Shown: positions 1-17,250 of the stretch, one piece after another
Position numbering within the stretch: position 1 is the stretch's first letter
Layout: every line of letters starts with the position of its first letter
Assembly: GCF_009914755.1 (NCBI RefSeq)
Contig: NC_060941.1
DNA: 64,000 nt
Strand: one strand, 5' to 3'
Origin: the human T2T-CHM13v2.0 reference genome, Homo sapiens
Notes under the pieces: model-generated
What the model saw: the letters and a program-made list of their open reading frames with translations, nothing else
What the model was told of the DNA's origin: nothing
Database searches by the model: none
Translations under genes and position numbers: made by a program

Positions 1-480
1 TCTAGACAGAAGCCTTCTCAGAAACTTCTCTGTGATGATTGCATTCAACTCACAGAGTTGAACCCTCCTATGGATAGAGCAGTGTTGAAACTCTCTTTTT
101 GTGGAATCTGCAAGTGGATATGTGGACCTCTCCGAAGATGTCTTTGGAAACGGGAATATCTTCACATAAAAACTAAACAGAAGCATTCTCAGAAACTTCT
201 CTGTGATGTTTGTGTTCAACTCCCAGAGTTTCACATTGCTTTTCATAGAGTAGTTCTGAAACATGCTTTTCGTAGTGTCTGCAAGTGGACATTTGGAGCG
301 CTTTCAGGCCTGTGGTGGAAAACGAATTATGGTCACCTAAAAACTGGAGAGAAGCATTGTCAGAAACTTCTTTGTGATGATTGCATTCAACTCACAGAGT
401 TGAAGGTTCCTTTTCAAACAGCAGTTTCCAATCACTCTTTCTGTGGAATCTGCAAGTGGATATTTGGACCTCTTTGAAGA

Positions 481-497
481 TTTCGTTGGAAACGGGA
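481..497 (+). promoter_or_regulatory. CENP-B box (representative; about 7-8 per intact HOR across the array)
   Basis: TTTCGTTGGAAACGGGA matches NTTCGNNNNANNCGGGN. Variant CTTCGTTCGAAACGGGT occurs in two monomers per HOR (e.g. 1833-1849, 2683-2699). Confidence 0.92.
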
Positions 498-3400
498 GAA
501 TGTTCACAGAAAAGCTAAACAGAAGCATTCTCAGAAACTTCTTTGTGATGCTTGCATTCAACTCACAGAGTTGAACTTTCCTTTCGAGAGAGAAGCTTTG
601 AAACACTCTTTTTCCAGAATCTGCAAGTGGACATTTGGAGGGCTTTGAGGCCTGTGGTGGAAAAGGAATTATCTTCCCGTAAAAGCTAGATAGAAGCATT
701 CTCAGAAACTACTTTGTGATGATTGCATTCAAGTCACAGAGTTGAACATTCCCTTTGACAGAGCAGTTTGGAAACTCTCTTTGTGTAGAATCTGCAAGTG
801 GAGATATGGACTGCTTTGAGGACTATGGTAGTAAAGGAAATAGCTTCATATAAAAGCTAGACAGTAGCATTCACAGAAAACTCTTGGTGACGACTGAGTT
901 TAACTCACAGAGCTGAACATCCCTTTGGATGGAGCAGTTTCGAAACACACTATTTGTAGAATGTGCAAGTGGATATTGGGGCCTCTCTGAGGATTTCGTT
1001 GGAAACGGGATAAACCGCACAGAACTAAACAGAAGCATTCTCAGAACCTTCTTCGTGATGTTTGCATTCAACTCACAGTGCTGAACCTTTCTTTGATAGT
1101 TCAGCTTTGAAACACTCTTTTTGTAGAAACTGCAAGTGGATATTTGGACCTCTCTGAGGATTTCGTTGGAAACGGGATAAACCGCACAGAACTAAAACGG
1201 AAGCATTCTCAGAACCCTCTTCGTGATGTTTGCATTCAACTCACAGTGCTGAACCTTTCTTTGATAGTTCAGCTTTGAAACACTCTTTTTGTAGAAACTG
1301 CAAGTGGATATTTGGTCCTCTGTGAGGATTTCGTTGGAAACGGGATAAACCGCACAGAACTAAACAGAAGCATCCTCAGAACCTTCTTCGTGATGTCTGC
1401 ATTCAACTCACAGTGTGGAACCTTTCTTTGATAGTTCAGGTTTGAAACACTCTTTTTGTAGAAACTGCAAGGGGATAATTGCACTTCTTTGAGGCCAACC
1501 GTAGTAAAGGAAATAAATTCCTATAAAAAGAAGACAGAAGCTTTCTCAGAAAATTCTTTGGGATGATTGAGTTGAACTCACAGAGCTGAACATTCCTTGC
1601 GATGTAGCAGTTTAGAAACACACTTTCTGCAGAATCTGCAAGTGCATATTTGGACCTCTGTGAGGAATTCGTTGGAAACGGGATAATTTCAGCTGACTAA
1701 ACAGAAGCAGTCTCAGAATCTTCTTTGTGATGTTTGCATTCAAATCCCAGAGTTGAACTTTCCTTTCAAAGTTCACGTTTGAAACACTCTTTTTGCAGGA
1801 TCTACAAGTGGATATTTGGACCACTCTGTGTCCTTCGTTCGAAACGGGTATATCTTCACATGACATCTAGACAGAAGCATTCTCAGAAGCTTCTCTGTGA
1901 TGACTGCATTCAACTCACGGAGTTGAACACTCCTTTTGAGAGCGCAGTTTTGAAACTCTCTTTCTGTGGCATCTACAAGGGGACATGTAGACCTCTCTGA
2001 AGATTTCGTTGGAAACGGAATCATCTTCACATAAAAACTATACAGATGCATTCTCAGGAACTTTTTGGTGATGTTTGTATTCAACTCCCAGAGTTGAACT
2101 TTCCTTTGGAAAGAGCAGCTATGAAACACTCTTTTTCTAGAATCTGCAAGTGGACGTTTGGAGGGCTTTGTGGTTTGTGGTGGAAAAGGAAATATCTTCA
2201 CCTAAATACTAGATAGAAGCATTCTCAGAAACTGCTTTGTGATGATTGCATTCACCTCACAGAGTTGAACATTCCTTTTGATAGAGCAGTATGGAAACAC
2301 TCTTGTTGTGGAATGTGCAAGTGGAGATTTGGAGCGCTTTGAGGCCTATGGTAGTAAAGGGAATAGCTTCATAGAAAAACTAGACAGAAGCATTCTCAGA
2401 AAATACTTTGTGATGATTGAGTTTAACTCACAGAGCTGAACATTCCTTTGGATGGAGCAGGTTTGAGACACACTTTTTGTAGAATCTACAAGTGGATATT
2501 TGGACCTCTCTGAGGATTTCGTTGGAAACGGGATAACTGCACCTAACTAAACGGAAGCATTCTCAGAAACTTCTTGGTGATGTTTGCATTCAAATCCCAG
2601 AGTTGAACCTTCCTTTGATAGTTCAGGTTTGAAACACTCTTTTTGTAGGATCTGCAAGTGGATATTTGGACCACTCTGTGGCCTTCGTTCGAAACGGGTA
2701 CATCTTCGCATAAAATCTAGACAGAAGCCTTCTCAGAAACTTCTCTGTGATGATTGCATTCAACTCACAGAGTTGAACCCTCCTATGGATAGAGCAGTGT
2801 TGAAACTCTCTTTTTGTGGAATCTGCAAGCGGATATGTGGACCTCTCCGAAGATGTCTTTGGAAACGGGAATATCTTCACATAAAAACTAAACAGAAGCA
2901 TTCTCAGAAACTTCTCTGTGATGTTTGTGTTCAACTCCCAGAGTTTCACATTGCTTTTCATAGAGTAGTTCTGAAACATGCTTTTCGTAGTGTCTGCAAG
3001 TGGACATTTGGAGCGCTTTCAGGCCTGTGGTGGAAAACGAATTATGTTCACATAAAAACTGGAGAGAAGCATTGTCAGAAACTTCTTTGTGATGATTGCA
3101 TTCAACTCACAGAGTTGAAGGTTCCTTTTTAAACAGCGGTTTCCAAACACTCTTTCTGTGGAATCTGCACGTGGATGTATGGACCTCTTTGAAGATTTCG
3201 TTGGAAACGGGAGAATCTTCACAGAAAAGCTAAACAGAAGCATTCTCAGAAACTTCTTTGTGATGCTTGCATTCAACTCACAGAGTTGAACTTTCCTTTC
3301 GAGAGAGAAGCTTCGAAACACTCTTTTTCCAGAATCTGCAAGTGGACATTTGGAGGGCTTTGAGGCCTGTGGTGGAAAAGGAATTATCTTCCCGTAAAAG

Positions 3401-6400
3401 CTAGATAGAAGCATTCTCAGAAACTACTTTGTGATGATTGCATTCAAGTCACAGAGCTGAACATTCCCTTTGACAGAGCAGTTTGGAAACTCTCTTTGTG
3501 TAGAATCTGCAAGTGGAGATATGGAATGCTTTGAGGACTATGGTAGTAAAGGAAATAGCTTCATATAAAAGCTAGACAGTAGCATTCACAGAAAACTCTT
3601 GGTGACGACTGAGTTTAACTCACAGAGCTGAACATTCCTTTGGATGGAGCAGTTTTGAAACACACTATTTGTAGAATCTGCAAGTGGATATTTGGGCCTC
3701 TCTGAGGATTTAATTGGAAAAGGGATAAACCGCACAGAACTAAAACAGAAGCATTCTCAGAACCCTCTTCGTGATGTTTGCATTCAACTCACACTGCTGA
3801 ACCTTTCTTTGATAGTTCAGCTTTGAAACACTCTTTTTGTAGAAACTGCAAGTGGATATTTGGTCCTCTCTGAGGATTTCGTTGGAAAAGGGATAAACCG
3901 CACAGAACTAAACAGAAGCATTCTCAGAACCTTCTTCGTGATGTCTGCATTCAACTCACAGTGTGGAACCTTTCTTTGATAGTTCAGGTTTGAAACACTC
4001 TTTTTGTAGAAACTGCAAGGAGATAATTGCACTTCTTTGAGGCCTAACGTAGTAAAGGAAATAACTTCCTATAAAAAGAAGACAGAAGCTTTCTCAGAAA
4101 ATTCTTTGGGATGATTGAGTTGAACTCACAGAGCTGAACATTCCTTGCAATGTAGCAGTTTAGGAACACACTTTCTGCAGAATCTGCAAGTGCATATGTG
4201 GACCTCTCTGAGGAATTCGTTGGAAACGGGATAATTTCAGCTGACTAAACAGAAGCAGTCTCAGAATCTTCTTTGTGATGTTTGCATTCAAATCCCAGAG
4301 TTGAACTTTCCTTTCAAAGTTCACGTTTGAAACACTCTTTTTGCAGGATCTACAAGTGGATATTTGGACCACTCTGTGTCCTTCGTTCGAAACGGGTATA
4401 TCTTCACATGACATCTAGACAGAAGCATTCTCAGAAGCTTCTCTGTGATGACTGCATTCAACTCACGGAGTTGAACACTCCTTTTGAGAGCGCAGTTTTG
4501 AAACTCTCTTTCTGTGGCATCTGCAAGGGGACATGTAGACCTCTTTGAAGATTTCGTTGGAAACGGAATCATCTTCACATAAAAACTATACAGATGCATT
4601 CTCAGGAACTTTTTGGTGATGATTGTATTCAACTCCCAGAGTTGAACTTTCCTTTGGAAAGAGCAGCTATGAAACACTCTTTTTCTAGAATCTGCACGTG
4701 GACGTTTGGAGGGCTTTGTTGTTTGTGGTGGAAAAGGAAATATCTTCACCTAAATACTAGATAGAAGCATTCTCAGAAACTGCTTTGTGATGATTGCATT
4801 CACCTCACAGAGTTGAACATTCCTATTGATAGAGCAGTTTGGAAACACTCTTGTTGTGGAATGTGCAAGTGGAGATTTGGAGCGCTTTGAGGCCTATGGT
4901 AGTAAAGGGAATAGCTTCATAGAAAAAATAGACAGAAGCATTCTCAGAAAATACTTTGTGATGATTGAGTTGAACTCACAGAGCTGAACATTCCTTTGGA
5001 TGGAGCAGGTTTGAGACACACTTTTTGTAGAATCTACAAGTGGATATTTGGACCTCTCTGAGGATTTCGTTGGAAACGGGATAACTGCACCTAACTAAAC
5101 GGAAGCATTCTCAGAAACTTCTTGGTGATGTTTGCATTCAAATCCCAGAGTTGGAACTTCCTTTGAGAGTTCAGGTTTGAAACACTCTTTTTGTAGGATC
5201 TGCAAGTGGATATTTGGACCACTCTGTGGCCTTCGTTCGAAACGGGTACATCTTCGCATAAAATCTAGACAGAAGCCTTCTCAGAAACTTCTCTGTGATG
5301 ACTGCATTCAACTCACAGAGTTGAACCCTCCTATGGATAGAGCAGTGTTGAAACTCTCTTTTTGTGGAATCTGCAAGTGGATATGTGGACCTCTTTGAAG
5401 ATGTCTTTGGAAACGGGAATATCTTCACATAAAAACTAAACAGAAGCATTCTCAGAAACTTCTCTGTGATGTTTGTGTTCAACTCCCAGAGTTTCACATT
5501 GCTTCTCATAGAGTAGTTCTGAAACATGCTTTTCGTAGTGTCTGCAAGTGGACATTTGGAGAGCTTTCAGGCCTGTGGTGGAAAACGAATTATGGTCACA
5601 TAAAAACTGGAGAGAAGCATTGTCAGAAACTTCTTTGTGATGATTGCATTCAACTCACAGAGTTGAAGGTTCCTTTTCAAACAGCGGTTTCCAAACACTG
5701 TTTCTGTGGAATCTGCAAGTGGATGTTTGGACCTCTTTGAAGATTTCGTTGGAAACGGGAGAATCTTCACAGAAAAGCTAAACAGAAGCATTCTCAGAAA
5801 CTTCTTTGTGATGCTTGCATTCAACTCACAGAGTTGAACTTTCATTTCGAGAGAGAATCTTCGAAACACTCTTTTTCCAGAATCTGCAAGTGGACATTTG
5901 GAGGGCTTTGAGGCCTGTGGTGGAAAAGGAATTATCATCCCGTAAAAGCTAGATAGAAGCATTCTCAGAAACTACTTTGTGATGATTGCATTCAAGTCAC
6001 AGAGCTGAACATTCCCTTTGACAGAGCAGTTTGGAAACTCTCTTTGTGTAGAATCTGCAAGTGGAGATATGAAATGCTTTGGGGACTATGGTAGTAAAGG
6101 AAATAGCTTCATATAAAAGCTAGACAGTAGCATTCACAGAAAACTCTTGGTGACGACTGAGTTTAACTCACAGAGCTGAACATTCCTTTGGATGGAGCAG
6201 TTTTGAAACACACTATTTGTAGATTCTGCAAGTGGATATTTGGGCCTCTCTGAGGATTTCACTGGAAACGGGATAAACCGCACAGAACTAAAACAGAAGC
6301 ATTCTCAGAACCCTCTTCGTGATGTTTGCATTCAACTCACACTGCTGAAACTTTCTTTGATAGTTCAGCTTTGAAACACTCTTTTTGTAGAAACTGCAAG

Positions 6401-9400
6401 TGGATATTTGGTCCTCTCTGAGGATTTCGTTGGAAACGGGATAAACCGCACAGAACTAAACAGAAGCATTCTCAGAACCTTCTTCGTGATGTCTGCATTC
6501 AACTCACAGTGTGGAACCTTTCTTTGATAGCTCAGGTTTGAAACACTCTTTTTGTAGAAACTGCAAGGGGATAATTGCACTTCTTTGAGGCCTACCGTAG
6601 TAAAGGAAATAACTTCCTATAAAAAGAAGACAGAAGCTTTCTCAGAAAATTCTTTGGGATGATTGAGTTGAACTCACAGTGCTGAACATTCCTAGCGATG
6701 TAGCAGTTTAGAAACACACTTTCTGCAGAATCTGCAAGTGCATATTTGGACCTCTGTGAGGAATTCGTTGGAAACGGGATAATTTCAGCTGACTAAACAG
6801 AAGCAGTCTCAGAATCTTCTTTGTGATGTTTGCATTCAAATCCCAGAGTTGAACTTTCCTTTCAAAGTTCACGTTTGAAACACTCTTTTTGCAGGATCTA
6901 CAAGTGGATATTTGGACCACTCTGTGTCCTTCGTTCGAAACGGGTATATCTTCACATGACATCTAGACAGAAGCATTCTCAGAAGCTTCTCTGTGATGAC
7001 TGCATTCAACTCACGGAGTTGAACACTCCTTTTGAGAGCGCAGTTTTGAAACTCTCTTTCTGTGGCATCTGCAAGGGGACATGTAGACCTCTTTGAAGAT
7101 TTCGTTGGAAACGGAATCATCTTCACATAAAAACTATACAGATGCATTCTCAGGAACTTTTTGGTGATGTTTGTATTCAACTCCCAGAGTTGAACTTTCC
7201 CTTGGAAAGAGCAGCTACGAAACACTGTTTTTCTAGAATCTGCAAGTGGACGTTTGGAGGGCTTTGTGGTTTGTGGTGGAAAAGGAAATATCTTCACCTA
7301 AATACTAGATAGAAGCATTCTCAGAAACTGCTTTGTGATGATTGCATTCACCTCACAGAGTTGAACATTCCTATTGATAGAGCAGTTTGGAAACACTCCT
7401 GTTGTGGAATGTGCAAGTGGATATTTGGAGCCCTTTGAGGCCTATGGTATTAAAGGGAACAGCTTCATAGAAAAACTAGACAGAAGCATTCTCAGAAAAT
7501 ACTTTGTGATGATTGAGTTTAACTCACAGAGCTGAACATTCCTTTGGATGGAGCAGGTTTGAGACACACTTTTTGTAGAATCTACAAGTGGATATTTGGA
7601 CCTCTCTGAGGATTTCGTTGGAAACGGGATAACTGCACCTAACTAAACGGAAGCATTCTCAGAAACTTCTTGGTGATGTTTGCATTCAAATCCCAGAGTT
7701 GAACCTTCCTTTGTTGGTTCAGGTTTGAAAAACTCTTTTTGTAGGTTCTGCAAGTGGATATTTGGACCATTCTGTGGCCTTCGTTCGAAACGGGTACATC
7801 TTCGCATAAAATCTAGACAGAAGCCTTCTCAGAAACTTCTCTGTGATGATTGCATTCAACTCACAGAGTTGAACCCTCCTATGGATAGAGCAGTGTTGAA
7901 ACTCTCTTTTTGTGGAATCTGCAAGTGGATATGTGGACCTCTCCGAAGATGTCTTTGGAAACGGGAATATCTTCACATAAAAACTAAACAGAAGCATTCT
8001 CAGAAACTTCTCTGTGATGTTTGTGTTCAACTCCCAGAGTTTCACATTGCTTTTCATTGAGTAGTTCTGAAACATGCTTTCCGTTTTGTCTGCAAGTGGA
8101 CATTTGGAGAGCTTTCAGGCCAGTGGTGGAAAACGAATTATGGTCACATAAAAACTGGAGAGAAGCATTGTCAGAAACTTCTTTGTGATGATTGCATTCA
8201 ACTCACAGAGTTGAAGGTTCCTTTTTAAACAGCAGTTTCCAAACACTCTTTCTTTGGAATCTGCAAGTGGATGTTTGGACCTCTTTGAAGATTTCGTTGG
8301 AAACGGGAGAATCTTCACAGAAAAGCTAAACAGAAGCATTCTCAGAAACTTCTTTGTGATGCTTGCATTCAACTCACAGAGTTGAACTTTCCTTTCGAGA
8401 GAGAAGCTTCGAAACACTCTTTTTCCAGAGTCTGCAAGTGGACATTTGGAGGGCTTTGAGGCCTGTGGTGGAAAAGGAATTATCTTCCCGTAAAAGCTAG
8501 ATAGAAGCATTCTCAGAAACTACTTTGTGATGATTGCATTCAAGTCACAGAGCTGAACATTCCCTTTGACAGAGCAGTTTGGAAACTCTCTTTGTGTAGA
8601 ATCTGCAAGTGGAGATATGGAATGCTTTGAGGACTATGGTAGTAAAGGAAATAGCTTCATATAAAAGCTAGACAGTAGCATTCACAGAAAACTCTTGGTG
8701 ACGACTGAGTTTAACTCACAGAGCTGAACATTCCTTTGGATGGAGCAGTTTCGAAACACACTATTTGTAGAATGTGCAAGTGGATATTTGGGCCTCTCTG
8801 AGGATTTCGATGGAAACGGGATAAACCGCACAGAACTTAAACAGAAGCATTCTCAGAACCTTCTTCGTGATGTTTGCATTCAACTCACAGTGCTGAACCT
8901 TTCTTTGATAGTTCAGCTTTGAAACACTCTTTTTGTAGAAACTGCAAGTGGATACTTGGTCCTCTCTGAGGATTTCGTTGGAAAAGGGATAAACCGCACA
9001 GAACTAAACAGAAGCATTCTCAGATCCTTCTTCGTGATGTCTGCATTCAACTCACAGTGTGGAACCTTTCTTTGATAGTTCAGGTTTGAAACACTCTTTT
9101 TGTAGAGGCTGCAAGGGGATAATTGCACTTCTTTGAGGCCTACCATTGTAAAGGAAATAACTTCCTATAAAAAGAAGACAGAAGCTTTCTCAGAAAATTC
9201 TTTGGGATGATTGAGTTGAACTCACAGAGCTGAACATTCCTTGCGATGGAGCAGTTTAGAAACACACTTTCTGCAGAATCTGCAAGTGCATATTTGGACC
9301 TCTCTGAGGAATTCGTTGGAAACGGGATAATTTCAGCTGACTAAACAGAAGCAGTCTCAGAATCTTCTTTGTGATGTTTGCATTCAAATCCCAGAGTTGA

Positions 9401-11607
9401 ACTTTCCTTTCAAAGTTCACGTTTGAAACACTCTTTTTGCAGGATCTACAAGTGGATATTTGGACCACTCTGTGTCCTTCGTTCGAAACGGGTATATCTT
9501 CACATGACATCTAGACAGAAGCATTCTCAGAAGCTTCTCTGTGATGACTGCATTCAACTCACGGAGTTGAACACTCCTTTTGAGAGCGCAGTTTTGAAAC
9601 TCTCTTTCTGTGGCATCTGCAAGGGGACATGTAGACCTCTTTGAAGATTTCGTTGGAAACGGAATCATCTTCACATAAAAACTATACAGATGCATTCTCA
9701 GGAACTTTTTGGTGATGTTTGTATTCAACTCCCAGAGTTGAACTTTCCTTTGGAAAGAGCAGTTATGAAACACTCTTTTTCTAGAATCTGCAAGTGGACG
9801 TTTGGAGGGCTTTGTGGTTTGTGGTGGAAAAGGAAATATCTTCACGTAAATACTACATAGAAGCATTCTCAGAAACTGCTTTGTGATGATTGCATTCACC
9901 TCACAGAGTTGAACATTCCTATTGATAGAGCAGTTTGGAAACACTCCTGTTGTGGAATGTGCAAGTGGAGATTTGGAGCGCTTTGAGGCCTATGGTAGTA
10001 AAGGGAATAACTTCATAGAAAAACTAGACAGAAGCATTCTCAGAAAATACTTTGTAATGATTGAGTTCAACTCACAGAGCTGAACATTCCTTTGGATGGA
10101 GCAGGTTTGAGACACACTTTTTGTAGAATCTACAAGTGGATATTTGGACCTCTCTGAGGATTTCGTTGGAAACGGGATAACTGCACCTAACTAAACGGAA
10201 GCATTCTCAGAAACTTCTTGGTGATGTTTGCATTCAAATCCCAGAGTTGAACCTTCCTTTGATAGTTCAGGTTTGAAACACTCTTTTTGTAGGATCTGCA
10301 AGTGGATATTTGGACCACTCTGTGGCCTTCGTTCGAAACGGGTACATCTTCGCAAAAAATCTAGACAGAAGCCTTCTCAGAAACTTCTCTGTGATGATTG
10401 CATTCAACTCACAGAGTTGAACCCTCCTATGGATAGAGCAGTGTTGAAACTCTCTTTTTGTGGAATCTGCAAGTGGATATGTGGACCTCTCCGAAGATGT
10501 CTTTGGAAACGGGAATATCTTCACATAAAAACTAAACAGAAGCTTTCTCAGAAACTTCTCTGTGATGTCTGTGTTCAACTCCCAGAGTTTCACATTGCTT
10601 TTCATAGAGTAGTTCTGAAACATGCTTTTCGTAGTGTCTGCAAGTGGACGTTTGGAGCGCTTTCAGGCCTGCGGTGGAAAACGAATTATGGTCACATAAA
10701 AACTGGAGAGAAGCATTGTCAGAAACTTCTTCGTGATGATTGCATTCAACTCACAGAGTTGAAGGTTCCTTTTCAAACAGCAGTTTCCAAACACTCTTTC
10801 TGTGGAATCTGCAAGTGGATGTTTGGACCTCTTTGAAGATTTCGTTGGAAACGGGAGAATCTTCACAGAAAAGCTAAACAGAAGCATTCTCAGACTCTTC
10901 TTTGTGATGCTTGCATTCCACTCACAGAGTTGAAAATTCCTTTTGAGAGACAAGCTTTGAAACACTCTTTTTCCAGAATCTGCAAGTGGACATTTGGAGG
11001 GCTTTGAGGCCTGTGGTGGAAAAGGAATTATCTTCCCGTAAAAGCTAGATAGAAGCATTCTCAGAAACTACTTTGTGATGATTGCATTCAAGTCACAGAG
11101 TTGAACATTCCCTTTCACAGAGCAGTTTGGAAACTCTCTTTGTGTAGAATCTGCAAGTGGAGATATGGACCGCTTTGAGGCCTATGGTAGTAAAGGAAAT
11201 AGCTTCATATAAAAGCTAGACAGTAGCATTCACAGAAAACTCTTGGTGACGACTGAGTTTAACTCACAGAGCTGAACATCCCTTTGGATGGAGCAGTTTC
11301 GAAACACACTATTTGTAGAATGTGCAAGTGGATATTGGGGCCTCTCTGAGGATTTCGTTGGAAACGGTATAAACGGCACAGAAATAAACAGAAGCATTCT
11401 CAAAACCTTCTTCGTGATGTTTGCATTCAACTCACAGTGTTGAACCTTTCTTTGATAGTTCAGGTTTGAAACGGTCTTTCTGTAGAAACTGCAAGTAGAT
11501 ATTTGGACCTCTCTGAGGATTTCGTTGGAAACGGGATAAACCGCACAGAACTAAAACAGAAGCATTCTCAGAACCCTCTTCATGATGTTTGCATTCAACT
11601 CACAGTG

Positions 11608-11622
11608 CTGAACCTTTCTTTG
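11608..11622 (+). repeat. Target-site duplication, left copy (CTGAACCTTTCTTTG)
   Basis: Identical to 17690-17704. The terminal C and G are ambiguous with the L1 5' G and the tail. The empty site CTTT/GA fits the L1 endonuclease preference (TTTT/AA-like). Confidence 0.93.
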
Positions 11623-11682
11623 TTTTTTTTTTGTTTTTTTTTGTTTTTTTTTTTTTTGTATATTTCTTTTTTTTTTTTTTTT
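11623..11682 (-). repeat. L1 poly(A) tail, interrupted (A16-GAAATATAC-A14-C-A9-C-A10)
   Basis: T runs on + strand at 11667-11682, 11644-11657, 11634-11642, 11623-11632. Confidence 0.93.
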
Positions 11683-11685
11683 ATT
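11680..11685 (-). terminator. L1 polyadenylation signal AATAAA
   Basis: TTTATT on + strand at the canonical L1 3' end (GAGTATAATAAA). Confidence 0.85.
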
Positions 11686-11887
11686 ATACTCTAAGTTTTA
11701 GGGTACATGTGCACATTGTGCAGGTTAGTTACATATGTATACATGTGCCATGCTGGTGCGCTGCACCCACTAATGTGTCATCTAGCATTAGGTATATCTC
11801 CCAATGCTATCCCTCCCCACTCCCCCGACCCCACCACAGTCCCCAGAGTGTGATATTCCCCTTCCTGTGTCCATGTGATCTCATTGT
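11683..11887 (-). other. L1 3'UTR including G-rich (G-quadruplex-forming) tract at ~11811-11837
   Basis: Between ORF2 stop and poly(A). Sense tract GTGGTGGGGTCGGGGGAGTGGGGAGGG. Confidence 0.88.
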
Positions 11888-15739
<3,852 letters not shown>

Positions 15740-15778
15740 TCATTAGTTGATGCAGTTTCTTCCTAGTCTCGATGGTCT

Positions 15779-16795
15779 TTACATTTTGGCATGATTTTGC
15801 AGCGGCTGGTACCGGTTGTTCCTTTCCATGTTTAGCGCTTCCTTCAGGAGCTCTTTTAGGGCAGGCCTGGTGGTGACAAAATCTCTCAGCATTTGCTTGT
15901 CTATAAAGTATTTTATTTCTCCTTCACTTATGAAGCTTAGTTTGGCTGGATATGAAATTCTGGGTTGAAAATTCTTTTCTTTAAGAATGTTGAATATTGG
16001 CCCCCACTCTCTTCTGGCTTGTAGGGTTTCTGCCGAGAGATCCGCTATTAGTCTGATGGGCTTTCCTTTGAGGGTAACCCGACCTTTCTCTCTGGCTGCC
16101 CTTAACATTTTTTCCTTCATTTCAACTTTGGTGAATCTGACAATTATGTGTCTTGGAGTTGCTCTTGTCGAGGAGTATCTTTGTGGCGTTCTCTGTATTT
16201 CCTGAATCTGAACGTTGGCCTGCCTTGCTAGATTGGGGAAGTTCTCCTGGATAATATCCTGCAGAGTGTTTTCCAACTTGGTTCCATTCTCCACATCACT
16301 TTCAGGTACACCAATCAGACGTAGATTTGGTCTTTTCACATAGTCCCATATTTCTTGGAGGCTTTGCTCATTTCTTTTTATTCTTTTTTCTCTAAACTTC
16401 CCTTCTCGCTTCATTTCATTCATTTCATCTTCCATTGCTGATACCCTTTCTTCCAGTTGATCGCATCGGCTCCTGAGGCTTCTGCATTCTTCACGTAGTT
16501 CTCGAGCCTTGGTTTTCAGCTCCATCAGCTCCTTTAAGCACTTCTCTGTATTGGTTATTCTAGTTATACATTCTTCTAAATTTTTTTCAAAGTTTTCAAC
16601 TTCTTTGCCTTTGGTTTGAATGTCCTCCCGTAGCTCAGAGTAATTTGATCGTCTGAAGACTTCTTCTCTCAGCTCGTCAAAATCATTCTCCATCCAGCTT
16701 TGTTCTGTTGCTGGTGAGGAACTGCGTTCCTTTGGAGGAGGAGAGGTGCTCTGCGTTTTAGAGTTTCCAGTTTTTCTGTTCTGTTTTTTCCCCAT
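15779..16795 (-). CDS. ORF1: L1 ORF1p RNA-binding / nucleic-acid chaperone, 338 aa, open frame
   Basis: MGKKQNRK...NHAKM with coiled coil, RRM and CTD; REKG, ARR and YPAKLS motifs intact. Confidence 0.96.
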   Translation of the reverse strand: MGKKQNRKTGNSKTQSTSPPPKERSSSPATEQSWMENDFDELREEVFRRSNYSELREDIQTKGKEVENFEKNLEECITRITNTEKCLKELMELKTKARELREECRSLRSRCDQLEERVSAMEDEMNEMKREGKFREKRIKRNEQSLQEIWDYVKRPNLRLIGVPESDVENGTKLENTLQDIIQENFPNLARQANVQIQEIQRTPQRYSSTRATPRHIIVRFTKVEMKEKMLRAAREKGRVTLKGKPIRLIADLSAETLQARREWGPIFNILKEKNFQPRISYPAKLSFISEGEIKYFIDKQMLRDFVTTRPALKELLKEALNMERNNRYQPLQNHAKM

Positions 16796-17250
16796 CTTTG
16801 TGGTTTTATCTACTTTTGGTCTTTGATGATGGTGATGTACAGATGGGTTTTCGGTGTAGATGTCCTTTCTGGTTGTTAGTTTTCCTTCTAACAGACAGGA
16901 CCCTCAGCTGCAGGTCTGTTGGAATACGCTGCCGTGTGAGGTGTCAGTGTACCCCTGCTGGGGGGTGCCTCCCAGTTAGGCTGCTCGGGGGTCAGGGGTC
17001 AGGGACCCACTTGAGGAGGCAGTCTGCCTGTTCTCAGATCTCCAGCTGCGTGCTGGGAGAACCACTGCTCTCTTCAAAGCTGTCAGACAGGGACACTTAA
17101 GTCTGCAGAGGTTACTGCTGTCTTTTTGTTTGTCTGTGCCCTGCCCCCAGAGGTGGAGCATACAGAGGCAGGCAGGCCTCCTTGAGCTGTGGTGGGCTCC
17201 ACCCAGTTCGAGCTTCCCGGCTGCTTTGTTTACCTAAGCAAGCCTGGGCA

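Larger units (their letters stand above)
1..11622 (+). repeat. D17Z1: Alpha-satellite HOR array, D17Z1-like (left of L1 insertion)
   Basis: ~170-bp monomers starting CATTCTCAGAAAC. HOR anchor TCTAGACAGAAGCC at 1, 2716, 5264, 7812, 10360 (spacings 2715, 2548, 2548, 2548). One EcoRI site per HOR (e.g. 1665-1670). 2.7-kb 16-mer and 2.55-kb 15-mer EcoRI units are the known D17Z1 sizes; chromosome assignment is from recall, not a search. Confidence 0.9.

Noticed and set aside
1990-2020. CENP-B boxes at TTTCGTTGGAAACGGAA (here) and GTCTTTGGAAACGGGA (~139-154)
   Set aside because: Each lacks a core position (CGGG or TTCG) in all HORs, so they were not counted as functional boxes.
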